From NCBI GenBank assembly GCA_905178155.1, contig CAJINV010000007.1, forward strand, positions 3,081,151 to 3,145,150: 64,000 bases of DNA, written 5' to 3'. Shown here one piece after another: positions 12,395-26,600 of this stretch (the first letter of the stretch is position 1; each line of letters begins with the position of its first letter). The notes beneath the pieces are model-generated. The model was not told where the DNA came from and made no database searches. It saw nothing but the letters and a program-made list of their open reading frames with translations. The position numbers and the translations under genes are program-made. The stretch comes from Amoebophrya sp. A120 (taxonomy: Eukaryota; Protista; Dinoflagellata).

Positions 12395-13784
12395 ATGCAG
12401 CAGATCGACTGTCTCTTGGCCGTGCTTGTGGCGTTGCTGGGGGTGCAGGTGTACCAGATCTCGTACATACAACGGCTGAAAGAAGAGTGCCGGTGCGATT
12501 ACGACGACGACGACGTGTACGACGAAGGCTTAGGCGGGGGCGGCTCTAGAAGTGGTGCCCCGTACGGCATCAGTGGCAGCGCCGGTGGCAGGGGTAAAAA
12601 TACTGCCGGGGCGGGTTCAACATCGCGAAGCCGACAGTTGCAGGCGCCCGAGGACGAGGCGTTACTGCAGGAATTAGAACAACTGACAAAAGACCAGCCG
12701 GTCTCGCCGCCGCCAACAAGCACGGTAACGCAAGCCACCACAGTGAACGTCAATCTGCTGGCGGAGCAGCCACCACCGCCGCAGCCTCCCTTAAGTTCTT
12801 CCGTCTCCAATACCAGTCCTGGCGGGGGCATAATAGGCAGCAGTTCTACAGCGAACGGCGGCGGTGCTGGTGGACAGCTCACACTGAAACAGTATTTGCA
12901 ACGAAACTTGCCGCACGGACTGGGCATTTTTCTCGGCGTGGGGACCAGCACCTTGCCCATGGAATTACTCAGGGATTGGAGCACGTCACCCGGTACTACG
13001 ACTGGTTTTTTTAGAAGATTTTGGTGCGGCAAGTTCTCAACTTCAATATAGCTTTGTGCGAAGGAGAAATTTTTAGCTCGCGAGGAGTGTTGTATTACAA
13101 CCAGATGTAAGTACTTATCTATCCCCTGCTGTACTACCGTTGTGATGGAGTAAAGAAATGCACCATTCGAAAAATAAATAATCTCTAGGGCTCTACCTCG
13201 TGGATCCCTACATTCATATCTGGGCGGGGTACGACGATCCGGCCAACCTGTCGGATAAGGACCACCAGCGAATCTTTGAGAGGCACCAAATCGACCTGAA
13301 GCCCTACGAGAACCGGTTCTCTTTCGTGCGGGACTTCAGCCACAGTTTTGTGGTCACCTACAAGGGGACGCCCGGCTCACCACCAACGAGTTTACTGTAT
13401 ATTTCTTTTCCATTCTACGTTGAAACCCTGCGCCTTGTTGACCATACGATACTGATACCGTTTTTCTTGTACGTTGGACGTCGCATTCTTATGCAGAGCT
13501 GCATTGGAACAAGATGAAAAAATAAAAAAACTTTCTCTCGTCTCCACTTGCGTTATTTGATAATTGACAAATAACGTAGGTACATAGACAATACGCAGAC
13601 GGCCAGCGCGATCGTACGAGATCTCAATGACTGGTGGGATTTGGTAGCGCCGGGCGGGATTGCCGCCGGTCCGCAATACAACCAAAAGCCAGAAGTGGCC
13701 AAGGGCGTACAGGAGTTCGCGGCGAAGCTCAGCATACCCGTACAGTTGTTTGCAGACCAGCAAACGTGGTACCTGGTGAAGTGA
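12395..13784 (+). CDS. Class I SAM-dependent methyltransferase (Methyltransf_24-like) with N-terminal signal/anchor
   Basis: GT-AG introns 12993-13188 and 13397-13579 give GIFLGVGTS...LYLVDPY...LLYIDN...DLNDWWDLVAPGGIAAG. Stop TGA at 13782-13784. Confidence 0.8.
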
Positions 13785-14659
13785 GAAAATGCAAAACTAT
13801 TGATTTCTCCGTTGCACCTCGTCTAAGAAATACTGGGAGAATTTTTGTCTGGCGATTGCATTCTTGCTCTGTGGGACCTACAATTTCTGTTGCAGATGCA
13901 GCACAGGATAAGGAATAGACACTTCCCAGATCGTTCCGAGAGATGACAGTTGCGATCAACACGAAACAGCAGGAAGACCACCTAAACGAACTGCGCGCCT
14001 CTCGGGACGGTGCAGACTTTCTTTGTTGTGTGTGTTCTGCATGCTATCCTGGTGCTGCACAACGCTGCAGAGCTTGCAGTTTCGCGTATATCGGATTGCT
14101 TGTCGTGAAGAGGTTACTTAGTCGTGAGTGAACACTCAAACCAACATGCTTGATTGCTTGATTATTGTCGTGCTAGTATTCCTTGTCTTCGCAGCGGGCC
14201 CTGTTGTTGAACGATCGGCTATACTGTTTTGAGCGAGATGTTGAACAGAGGAGCGAAGCGTGTGATAAATGTGGGTGAGAGATCATGAGCGTGTTTTCTC
14301 CAATTTCGTGTTCGAAAAAAAGAATTTGTTGCGAACGGATGTCTATTCAATTCTTTACGTCCATAATTTCGTCGACGCGAAGAGCAAAATCAATGACAAA
14401 CCTAAACCGGATAGAATACGAGGAGAAAGAGAAAGACCTCGTATAGAAGAAGCGTAAAGTAGAGGTAGCGGGAACTACACATCGACCACGACCATGGCAA
14501 CAAGAGCAGGACTCGTCGCGACCGGGCGCGCAAGCATCGTGGAGTTGGCGAGGATCCGCTGGTAAGAAGTGTGAAAGAACCTCCTCCATCGAGCAGCAGC
14601 CTCCGCTTTCGCTTTCCTTCTAGCTCGCGGGAGGACAACGAACCACGACCACCACCAAA

Positions 14660-17600
14660 ATGCCGACGGATTTCTTCAGCTCGCGGGTGCAGTGCCAGGG
14701 CTTCTTGGCGGAGGAGCACTGGACTGGCAGCGAGAAACGAGCGGTGGATGACTTTGTCAAGAACGAGGATGTATCAAATGTAAAAGTGTCTGGGTCTGAA
14801 ACAAAGCAACTTGTGATGCTGCGTCTGCATAATTATCCAAAAATCTACTGTATTGCATGAACAGCAAAAGAGGTCTGGTTTTGGCCACGGCGAGAGGACA
14901 TTTCTCATGCGGTATAGGCATCAGAAAGTCCTCACAAGATCTGTGATGCTAGGGCATGCATCGCAGACATCAGGAGTCACGCAAAATAAACCTTGCATTC
15001 TTCCAGACCCAGACATATTTGCATTTGATAGGATGCGAAGTCTCTATTCGTGTGGTTCAAGACCCCGGAGGAGGGGGAGGAGGACAGCGCCAAGAAGCTG
15101 CAGCTCCACGTGGTCTCCGCCAAGAAGACCGCGGAGAGCGCGCCGCTGGAGACCCTGCCGCCGGACATTGCGCAGGGGCAGGTGACGGACTTTTCCTACT
15201 TTCTGAAGCGGGCCGGCGCGGCGTCATCTTCCGCGGAGGCGTTGCAGAACGCGACCACGCTGGAGGAAAAGATCCACGCGGGCCACGTGCGCGGGGACCT
15301 GGTGGAGGGTCTGCTGCGCAACATGAACAGCATGTTCGTGCCCATGACCCGGCTCAACTTTCACTGGCCGGAGAACGTGCAGAAGGACTTTGTCACGCAG
15401 ATGCAGAAATTCATGGCCAGCATCACCGAGGTGGCGCACCAGGCCCGCGGGGCGACCGTCCTCTACATACCACCCGACGACCTGTCGGACGTGGAAACCG
15501 TGGCGAAGGACTATTAAGAGGAAAAATCCCCCCACCCCATATCGAAAAGGTATATTTCCGAAACTTTGTGTTGCTGAATTGAGACCACAAATCACGTCTG
15601 TCTTGCAAAAGGACAAGTGCAGAGGCTTCCCCGCCATTACGGAAGCGATTGGGCATGCAGTTGGGCCTAGGGGACAGCCGTTTGTAATGCTAAACAACTA
15701 GACCCAAACGGCCCTACTTAGGCTGAGGATCTGGCTGCGATGCCGTAATGCAAGACAGCGCGCATTTGTGTACGGAAATCCACCATCAGAAACTTCGTCT
15801 CGATATGGGGAGGGGGGATTTTTCCCTCTGATAAGGACAAGACCATCGTGCCGCGGTTGGAAGCCTCCCTCATCCACTGGACCCGGCAAATTAAGGAGGT
15901 CACCTAGGAAACTGAAAAGTGCTCTAGCTGCCCACCAGACGTGCTGGGAGATATTTGTTTCGATGCAAAGTAGTTTGAGTTTCGGTTTCCATAAAGGTTG
16001 TAATGGTATGTTGTAATGCGTGCGCACAGCAGATTCATTCCTCTTTCTTGGGCAAAGTACTCCTTACACGAGCAGCGCTGCTATTGCTGTGCCTTTTTGC
16101 AACGCATGTCTTTGCAGCGATTCGGCATTGAAAACTTGTGATGCGTATATATGCAAGGTGGGACGGGTGGATGTCCCCATGGGGAAGTTTTGCAATGAAG
16201 TCCTCTGGGGATGATAGGGGCGCGTTTCAGTAGGATATGACCAGCAGCCAGCAGGAAAGTTCTTCCGGCGGCGGCAGTGGGAATTCGCAGGAGTCGGAGG
16301 CCGCGGGCCCGCTCGACGAGATAGACTTCTGGCGGGCACGGGATCTGGACTTGTCAAGGTAGAAGAGAAGAATGCTCTTTTTTTCCGTTCGACGCAGAAA
16401 ATGAAATTCATTCAGTGCTCTAAGTAGTTCTTCCTCTAGAAGAAGTGCTGTTGGATGTTGCTGACTCGAGTCTACCAAAAACTTGACGCTAGTAGTTGTA
16501 AATATCTTGCCTTATCACAAAAAATAGGCTCGACCAGCAGCTCCAGTCACGGGAGCTGCAGAAGGTGCTGGAGGTGCTGGAAACCGCTAAGTCCTCCTAT
16601 CTCCCCCAATTTCGCGCGTTGGAAAAGGACATCCAGGACGGGAGTAAGGAGGCACAGGACAATTTGCAGTTTTTGAACCTGTTGAAGGAACCCGCGACCA
16701 ACCTGACGCAGCTGACCCCCGTGGAGATCCCCAAGCTCCTGCCCGAATTGTTGAACATCGTGCGGCTGATCGCGAACCTGTCCTCGAGCTACAACACCCC
16801 GGACCGCATCTCCAACCTCCTCCGCACGATCTCCAACGAGATCATCCGGCGGTGCCAGAATTCGATCGATGTGGACAAGATTCTGAAGCCCGGCTCCACG
16901 TCCGCCACGGGGGACGAGAAATCGCGGCTGGAGGACGTGAAGTCCAGTATGAACCTGCTGGAGCAGTCCATCGCGTGCGGGCGAGCGTGGAAGGAGTCCT
17001 ACCACTTGACCGTGCAGTGCATCAAGAAGCACACGGCGGATCCCGCCCTGCACTGGAACTTCTCGGAGTATCCTGAGTAAAAACGTACCCACACCAGAGT
17101 CAAGATGGGGAATCGGCTAGACAAATCAACCAGCTTTGGCTGTTTCGCATGACAAGTTTGTCCTTGTAATGTAATCCTGTTTAGGTAGTTAAGCAGCATC
17201 ACAGGCCTAGCATATCATGCTGATTATAGCATCACAAATCCCAAAACACGATTAGAAAATGCCTTTCATGGGGCTCAGCATGAGAAACTCTTTTGGCATG
17301 CAGATTTGCATTACAACTCTGGTGTGGGTACGTTTTTACTCAGGATACGGAGGGCACCATCTTCGCGCAGATTGACGCCTACGTGCAGCGGTGCTGCGTA
17401 TTACAATGAAAAATGCCCCCACCCCCGAACTTGGAAGCATTTGTATTGCAAACCTTTCCAAATGAAACACTCGCCCTCTTGCATCTATCAGCGTCACAGG
17501 TTTCCAATCGTGAATAGCGAAGATTTGTATTGCAAAAGACCCCAGGAAGAGCGGCGCTTGTCATGCAAGCGATGCTATATACGCCTAGACTCTGCATCAG

Positions 17601-20600
17601 AAAGATTCACACTCCTTTCATGCATGACAAAAAGTTTTCATTTGGAAACTTCGCATCACAAATTTTTGCAATTTCAGGGGTGGGGGGCACTTTTCACTGT
17701 AATACTGCGACCTGCTGGAGATCGCCGAGGAACAGCTGCAGTTCGCCGGGTTCAGCCAGCGGGGCCACATATGCATTGCAAATATGTCTAGGTCCTCTGG
17801 AAGTAGAATGCAGGAGTTCGTCATGGAGATTTTGCATGACCCAGAGGGTCTGTGATGCATGCCCTAGCACCAGAGATTCTGCGAGGGCTTTCTGATGCTC
17901 ATACCGCATGAGGAATGCCCTCTCCGCATAGCAAAAATTGGACCTCTTTTGCTGTTCATGCAATACAGATTCATTGCACAAGCCAAATCCAGCATCACAA
18001 GCTGCATCCTTCCACACCCAGACATATTTGCAGTTGATACCACAACCAGGAGATCGATTCCGACCAGATGACCAACGACGAGATCCAGGCTTTGGTGAAC
18101 CCCGAGTTGCCCAAGTTCGGCGGCGCCAAGGCCGGCGAGATCATCCGCAGCTTGTTCGAGATTGAGTCGGCCTTTTTGAAGCAAGTGAAGAAGCTCGCGG
18201 ACGTGGACTACAACATTGTGGACGTGAAGGCGACGAAGTGGCACGACGACTTCACCGCGTTCAAGAACCAGATGAAGGATCTGGAGGTGATGTACACCAA
18301 CGTGATCAACTCCGCCTTCGAGTCCGTGTCCACGGTGAGCAACTGCGTTTTCACCTTTGATTCCTTCTACCTTCTGTGCAAACGCGAGCGGATCAAGGCG
18401 TTTTTGGAGAAGAAGGCCGCGGAGGTGGGGGACTACTTGGTGCGGGAGATCTCCAACGTGAAGCGCGAATTCGAGCGGTTCCGAAAAAATTCCGCCCCCA
18501 TTCTGCTCGCGCACCCCCCCTACAGCGGCGTGGCCATGTGGGCGCGGGGGCTCATGCTGCGGATCCAGACCCAGTACGAGGAACTGAACTACTTGTGCTA
18601 TTTGCCAAGCACGAACCCGGTGAAAACGGAAACCGTGAAAACGGAGTACAGCAACATGTACACGATGCTGGAGTCCTTCTGCGTGTCCACGTTCCAGGAG
18701 TGGGTGGCGCAGCAGCTGGGCCAGAACAGCGAGGAGGAGCTGGAGGAGAAGCTGAAAACGCACCTGCTCTGCCGCGTGCCGCTGCCGCCGGGGCAGGGCG
18801 GGTTCGGGTCCCTGCTAGAGTCGAACTTCGACAAGAACCTGCTGAAGATCTTCCAGGAAACCTACTACTGGGAGAAGATCCAGGGGTCGGGCATCGTGGT
18901 CCCCTTCCACGCGCACGACATCACGACGAACCACCGCGATCCGCTTCGCATCACGCGCGAGCACGTGATGCGGGTGGTGCGCGAGTACAACAGTATTCTG
19001 CTAGCGCTCGCCCCGGAGGAGCGCCGGCTGTTCGCCTACCACATCAAGAACCTCGACCGGAAGGTGGGGCCGGGCATTCAGAAGTACACGTGGGTCTCGC
19101 ACGGCGTCAAGGAATTCTTCGTGCGCGACGCGCTGAAGGAGTGTCACAAGGCGAACGACTACGTGGGGCACTACAAGGAAAACATCTCCAAAATCCGGTA
19201 CTGTGCCAAGACCAAGTTCGCGTCCGCGATTTTGATCCTCATCGAGCGCAAACACATCCACACCGACGCCGAGTTCCGCCTGATTCAGGAGCAGCACCGG
19301 GAAAAGATCCGGGTGCAGTTCCGGGAGGCGCACGCCCAGATCTGCGACATCATGCTCGCCACCTACGTCTTCTTCGAAAACCAACCGCCAGAAATTCAGC
19401 AGCAGTGGCGAAATTTATCGAAGCTGAATTTGTTTTTTATCTGCAGCTTGGGAGTTGTGCATGAAGTTGTTCTTGTTTGTAATGTCATTTTTGAAGTGGC
19501 ACGGCGCAAGCGTCAAAACTTGGTGCCTTTCTCTATCGAATGCGGTGTCTTGGTGCAATGCCGAGTGCAAAATGCACCTGTAGTTTCTTTGGTTGCCCGG
19601 TAAGAAGTATGCATGACAGCTTTGTGCTCTTCGTCTTCCCGCAAGAAAATTTCGTTCCGATAAAGCTTCGTGGACAAGATTGACCGTTTGCTCGAGGACG
19701 CACTGAAGAAGACGACGAAAGCCTCGTTGCAGGATTTGTCAAGGTACTCAAACTAATACTTCAATTTTACATTTGTTGTTGTTTGTGTAGTCGCATTAAC
19801 ACAAGAAGTACTAGACCCTTCACAAGCTGAACAAATCTTCACGAAAAAAATAAGAATTATGTTGAAATCGTCCGTTCAGGACCCTGAACGGCGACTCGAA
19901 GCAGGAGCCGTCGCCGTTGTTCCGCGTGCACGCGGTGCTGGATTCGTGGAAGATGGATTTTTCCCCGAGCATGAACCAGCTGAAGGAGCTATCCTGTGTA
20001 AAAACGTCCCCACCCCAGAGTTGTCATGCAGATTTGCAATGACAGGAGCGCTTGTAATGCGCTTCCCCATGACAGGCATTTCCAATCGTGTTTTGGCATT
20101 TGTAATGCTGCAAACAGGATGAGCAGATGGATTTGTGATGCGGATGTCCTTGCTAACATGCACTACACTGCGGACTGCAACTTGTCCTGCGTGGCTCCCA
20201 AAACTTCTGGATTTGTGTTGCTAAGTTTTCAACTTACTTGACTATGGGGTGGGGAAGGTTTTACATATGATAGGAGCTGCTGCAAACGGTGTGCCAAGAC
20301 ACCACCATGATGCTGCAGGAAGTGCCCCGGCTCTGGGACCACCTGAACGCGGAGAAGGCGAAGCGCGACACGAAGAAGAAGGCCGAGCTGGAGGAGGCGG
20401 GCGACCTGGCGGGCGCGAACGCGATCGTGATCAACTACGTGCCGCCGCCGCCCGGGACGAAGCGCGCCACGTTTTTCGAGGCGATTTCGAAGGACGACGA
20501 GTGCTGCATCCGGTACGTGAAGGAAGTGCTGAAGGGCTTCAACGCCTGCAGCGTGAAGCTCGGCGAGCGGCTGAATTGGTGGAGCTCCAACTACCAGCCA

Positions 20601-23600
20601 ATCGTGTCCCAGGACAAAGACGCCTTCATCCGCCGGTACGCGCGGACCGAGCGGCCCCTGTCCGTCGCGGGGGCGGACATCCAGCGGTACAAGGAGATCC
20701 AGATGGACATTTTGCAGGAGGACAGCAAGACCGTGATCGGGTTTATCGAAACCGATTTCACGCAGCTGAAGGCCGCGCTCACGGAGCACTGCGTGGACTG
20801 GCAGAAGAAGTTGACCGGGCTGCTGAACGAAAACGCGCTCCGGGACATGGACGCACTGTACAAGTACTTCGATATGAGAGTGAACAACTCCCCGTCCCTC
20901 TCATTTGTCATGCAAAATCCCAAATACAAGTGCTGCCTTGTGGCACTGTTCGCATGACAGACTCCGGAAGGAGCCCAAGCAGTACTACACTGGGCGCATG
21001 AAGAACTTGTGATGCACAGGCTCCGCGTGTGCTGGTGTTTGTCTTGCTGTAGTTCATGCCATACAAACGAGGGGGAGGGAGAGTTGTGCACTCTCATAGT
21101 CGAGGACACGTGTTTGATCCTCCTCCACGTGCCGGAGAACCTGAACGAGCTGCGCGACGGCGTCGCGCTGCTGACCGCCTCGCAGGGCATCCTGGAGCAG
21201 ACGGAGGCGCGGATCGCGCCCGTGGAGGCGATGTACGCAAAACTGGCAGAATTCGACGTCACCGTCACCGAGGAGGAGACGGCGCGGAAAAACAACCTCC
21301 GCGTGGCGTTCGAGGAATTCAACGACAAGCTCGGGCAATCGGAGACCATCATGGCAAAGGCGAAGAAGCAGATGAAGGCGGCCTTCGAGGGCGAGTCCGC
21401 GTCGTTCAAGCAGTCGGTGAAAGATTTGAAGAAGACCTTGCAGCAGCAGTGCCCCTACGCGGTCGAGACGAAGGACGGGCTGTTGTCCAACGAGGGGGCT
21501 TTCGCGATTATCCAGGACTTCAAGGACCAGGTCGCGGCGAAGCGGGCGACCGAGCTGGACCACGGCCCGAAATTAGACCTGTTTGGGATTGAAAAGGCGG
21601 AGTACCCGGAATTGGAGGCGTGTGAGCGCGATTTGGAGCTCCTCACCACGATCTGGACGCTGAAGCAGAACTGGGACGTGGATTTCTTCGAGAAGAACCA
21701 GTCCACGAAGTTCGCGGAAATCGACGTGGAAAATCTCGACGAGATTGCGGGGCAAACGCAGAAGAAGGTGATGCGGCTGAAGAAGGATTTGCAGTTCTGG
21801 TCGGTGTGGCAGTTTTTGAAGGCGGGGATCGACACCTTTCGGTCCATGATGCCGCTGATCGAAAATCTGCGGCACGATTCCATGCGACTGCGCCACTGGG
21901 AGGAGATCATGAAGGAAATCGGGCAGTTCTTTGACCCTTTCGGGCCGGACTTCACCCTCTCCGTGGTGTTCGAACTGAACCTGCTCGCGCACCAGGACTT
22001 GGTGTCCCGGCTGGCGGATGAGGCGCGGAAGGAGGCGAAAATCGAGATCGGCGTGAAGGACATCGAGAACACGTGGCGGACGATGGAGCTGGTGATCGGC
22101 GAGCACAAGCAGGTCTACTACAAGTTGAAGCCGACCGAGGAGATGAACACCGCACTGGAGGAGCACATTCTCGCTTTGTCCGCCTTCAAGTCGTCGCCCT
22201 TCCACATCCCCTTCGCCGAGGCCATCGACTACTGGGAGCGCACGCTCGCCACGATCTCCGAGGTGTGCGAGTCGATCGGGATCGTGCAGAAGTCGTGGAT
22301 GTATCTGGAGAACATTTTTGTGGGCAGTGAGGACATCCGGCCGCATTTACCGCAGGAGTCCATCATGTTCGATCAGGTGAGTGACAATTTCACGACCATT
22401 CTCGGGAATATGTACAACGACCCCGTGGCGAACCGCTGTTGCCTGGTTCCCGGTTTGTACGATATTTTGGAAAAAGACGCGGCGACGCTGGAGAAAATCC
22501 AGAAGTCGCTGGACGATTATTTGGAGAAGAAGCGACAGCTGTTCCCCCGGTTCTACTTTCTGTCCAACGACGATTTGTTGGAAATCCTCGGCCAGGCCAA
22601 GGACCCGGAGGCGGTGCAAAAGCACTTGAAGAAGTGCTTCGAGGGCATCAAATCGCTGGACCTGGTCGCCCCCTCCGCAAAGGATCTGAAGTCCTCCGGC
22701 GGGACCAAGGCGTGGGAGGCCCAGGGCATGAACTCGCCGGACGGGGAAAAGGTGAAATTCATCAAGTCGGTGCAACTCGAGCCGCCGGTGGAGGGGTGGC
22801 TGATTGTCGTGGAGCGCCGGATGAAGGAGTCCTTAAGGAAAATCTTGAATACCACCCATCTCGCGAACATCACCAAGAATTCGATGAAGAAGGAAAAGTG
22901 GGTGAAGGAGTTCCCCGGGCAGCTGCTGATCACTTCCGGGCAGATCGCGTGGTCCACGGACTGCGAGGCGGCGTTGGCGGCCGTGGAACGGGGGAAGAAA
23001 AACGCCATGAAGCTCTTGAAGAAGGCACAGACCAAGTACATCGGGAAATTAACGGAGATGATCCGGAAACCCTTGTCCCGCGTGGAGCGCGGAAAGCTCG
23101 TCGCGCTCATCACCATCGAGGTGCACGCGCGCGACGTGCAGGCGAAGTTGGTGGAGACGAAAACTGACAACCCGCAGGCCTTCATGTGGCTGCAGCAGTT
23201 GCGGTTCGATTTGCGCGATTTGCCGGACGAGGCGCCGGGCAACGCGCAGTGCTACGTCCTGCAGACGAACACGGTGAGTCCCTACGGCTACGAGTACCAG
23301 GGGAACAACGGGCGGTTGGTGGTCACGCCCATGACGGATCGTTGCTACATGACCCTGACCACCGCCATGCACTTGAAGCGCGGGGGCGCGCCCCAGGGGC
23401 CGGCCGGGACGGGTAAGACCGAGTCGACCAAGGATTTGGGCAAGGGCATGGCGAAGTACGTGATCGTCTTCAACTGCTCCGACGGGCTGGATTACAAGTC
23501 CCTCGGCCGCATGTTTTCCGGTCTCGCGCAGTCGGGGGCGTGGGGGTGCTTCGATGAGTTCAACCGAATCGACGTGGAGGTGCTCTCCGTGGTCGCCGTG

Positions 23601-26600
23601 CAGATTTTGACGCTGCAGGCCGCGTTGAAGGCGGAGGTGTCCACCTTCCTCTTCGAGGAGCGGTGGATCAAACTCGACCGCGGGTGCGCGGTGTTCATCA
23701 CCATGAACCCGGGGTACGCGGGGCGGTCGGAATTGCCGGACAACTTGAAATCCCTGTTCCGCCCGGTGGCGATGATGCTCCCCGACTTCGCGATGATCAT
23801 CGAGATCATGCTGGTCGCGGAGGGGTACAAGGACTTCAAACCTTTGGCGAAAAAGAAGGTCTCGCTCTACGACATGATGAAGCAGCAGATGTCGAAGCAG
23901 GACCACTACGATTTCGGGTTGCGTAACATCAAGTCCGTGCTGAACTGCGCCGGGGCGCTGAAGCGCACGGAGCCGGACGCGCCCGAGGGGCAGCTGTTGA
24001 TGCGGGCGATCAACGACATGAACGCGCCGAAGTGGGTGGCGCAGGATCTGCCGCTCTACTGGGCACTGATGTCCGACATTTTCCCGGGCATGGAGCTCCC
24101 CGAGCCGGACTACGGCGCGCTCGAGGAGTACATCCGAAAAGTCCTCACCGCCAACGGCTACCAGGAGACGGACCACAGCATCAAAAAGACCATTTCCACC
24201 TACGAGACCAAGGTCACTCGGCACGGGAACATGTTGGTGGGCAACACTTTAGGCGGGAAGACGGTCGCGTGGAAAACGTTGCAGGAAGCGAAGTGCAACC
24301 TGAAGGCAGACAAGCACGAAGGGTTCGAGCGCGTGCAGTCGTACATTCTGAACCCGAAGTCCGTGACGATGGACGAGTTGTACGGGGCCTACGACTTGTC
24401 GACCATGGAGTGGATGGACGGCGTTTTGTCCTCGCTGATGCGCATCATGTGCCAGGACGAAAAGCCGGACGAGAAGTGGCTTTTGCTCGACGGCCCGGTC
24501 GACACGCTGTGGATCGAGTCCATGAACACGGTGTTGGATGACAACAAGGTCTTAACTTTGATCAACGGAGACCGTATCTCCATGCCGCCGACCGTGCGGC
24601 TCCTGTTTGAAGTGCAGGACTTGAAGGTCGCTTCCCCCGCGACGGTGTCCCGCGCGGGGATGGTGTACTTCGACACGAGCGACATGGGCTTCGACGCGCC
24701 CTACCAGTCCTGGATCGCGCGGACCTACGTGGAAAATGTGGAAAAGCGGGACTACATGGCGGAGCTCGCAACGAAGTGGTTCCCCACGTTGCTGAACGCA
24801 AGGCGGAGCCCCGCGTTCGGACAGACCGTTCCGATCACGGACAACATGGCGGTGAAGAACTTCGCAAACATCTTCACCTGCTTTGCGAGGAAATTGGACA
24901 ACTTGTTGAACTCGCTCCCCGAAGACAAAGGGGGTGCCCCCGGCGGAGTGGCGAAGGACGGTACGGAGCCGCCGATGACCGGGAAACAGAAGGAGATTTT
25001 CGAACGCATGTTCGCGTTTTGCTGCGTGTGGTCTCTGGGGGCTTCCGCCACGGACCAGTCCAGGAAAATGTTCGACGAGGCAATGCGAACCGTTGAGTCC
25101 AGAATTATGCCGAGTAACCAATCGGTGTACGAATACTTCCTCAACTTCGACAAGCACGGGGATCTCGACCTGTGGGAGTCGAAGCTGCCCCAGCCGTTCT
25201 ACCGGCCGAAGGAGGGGGAGCCGTTTCACCGAATCATCGTGCCGACCGTGGACACGGTGCGGAACGGGGTGATCTGCCGCGAACTGACGCTGAACAACTT
25301 CCATTACATTACCACCGGAATGACGGGGACCGGGAAAACGGTGGCTCTGCAGGCGGTGATCGCGAACGACCTGGACGAGGTGGAGTGGACGAGCCTGACC
25401 ATCAACATGTCGGCGCAGACCACGGCCGCCGCGGTGCAGGAGATCATCGAGGGGAAGGTTGAGAAGAGAATCAAGAACAAGTTTGGCCCCCCCGGAAACC
25501 GCAAGATGCTGCTGTTCGTGGACGACTTGAACATGCCGCGGAAGGACACGTTCGGCTCCCAACCGCCGCTGGAGCTCCTCCGGCAGTGGATGGGGTACGG
25601 GCTGTGGTACGACCGCGCCAAGCAAACGCAGCGGATCATTCTGGACACGCAGCTCGGCGCGGCGATGGGCCCGCCGGGCGGCGGGCGCGCGGTGATCTCG
25701 GAACGGTTCCAGTCCTGCTGTCACTTGCTGAACTTCGCGAACCCGGCGGAGGCGCAGGTGTATCAAAATGAAAAATGCCCACTCCCCATATCAAAATGGA
25801 AGTCTGTGATGCGCGATTTGTGTACACAAATCGGCTTTGTCTTGCAGTAGAGGACTGCAGGCAGATACAAAGCCTGAGCAGTGGCATTGTGGTGTAGGCG
25901 CCTCGCAAGGCAGGCGTCTCCTCTGTAGGCCCAACAGCATTACAAAGTGCCAGCAAAACGCAGCGGAGTCTCTGGATTTGCGTTCTTGCAATACAGAGAC
26001 GATCTGTGGCCGCAAATCAGCAGCGCAAATTTTCAGAAGTGTTCCTTTTCAGGTATGGGGAGGGGAGATTTTTCCTCACAATAAGGTGAAGCGAATCTAC
26101 ATGACGCTGGCGCAGCACAAGCTGCACGCATTCAAGGACGACGTGAAGAACCTGGCGGAGGCGCTGGTCGGCGCGTCGATCGACTTGTATGGCATTATGG
26201 TGGACAAAATGCTGCCCACGCCCGCGAAGTGCCACTACTTGTTCAACCTCCGCGACGTGTCAAAGATTTTCCAGGGCATCTACATGGCGGAGCCGCACCT
26301 CGTGCAGGACAAGGACACCATCGTGAAAATGTGGTTCCACGAGGCGCAGCGAGCGTTCGGGGACCGGTTGATCAACCTGCAGGATCGCGAGCAGTTCGAC
26401 CAATTAGCCGACACCGTGATGGAGGCGAAATTGTCCGCCCGGGTGAGCGACCTGGAGCTCGCGCCCGACGGGAAAAAGCGGCAGAAACTCGTTTTCGCGC
26501 ACTTGGATCTGCAGAACACCGACTCGGAGGCGCCGGACTACAACCAGATCACAGACCGAAACGCGCTGAAGGCGTTTTCCAACATCAAGCTGGACGACTA

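Noticed and set aside
14494-14623. Upstream dynein exon with intron 14562-14623
   Set aside because: ATG 14494 is not in frame with 14660 after that splice. It may be a 5' UTR intron but is unsupported.
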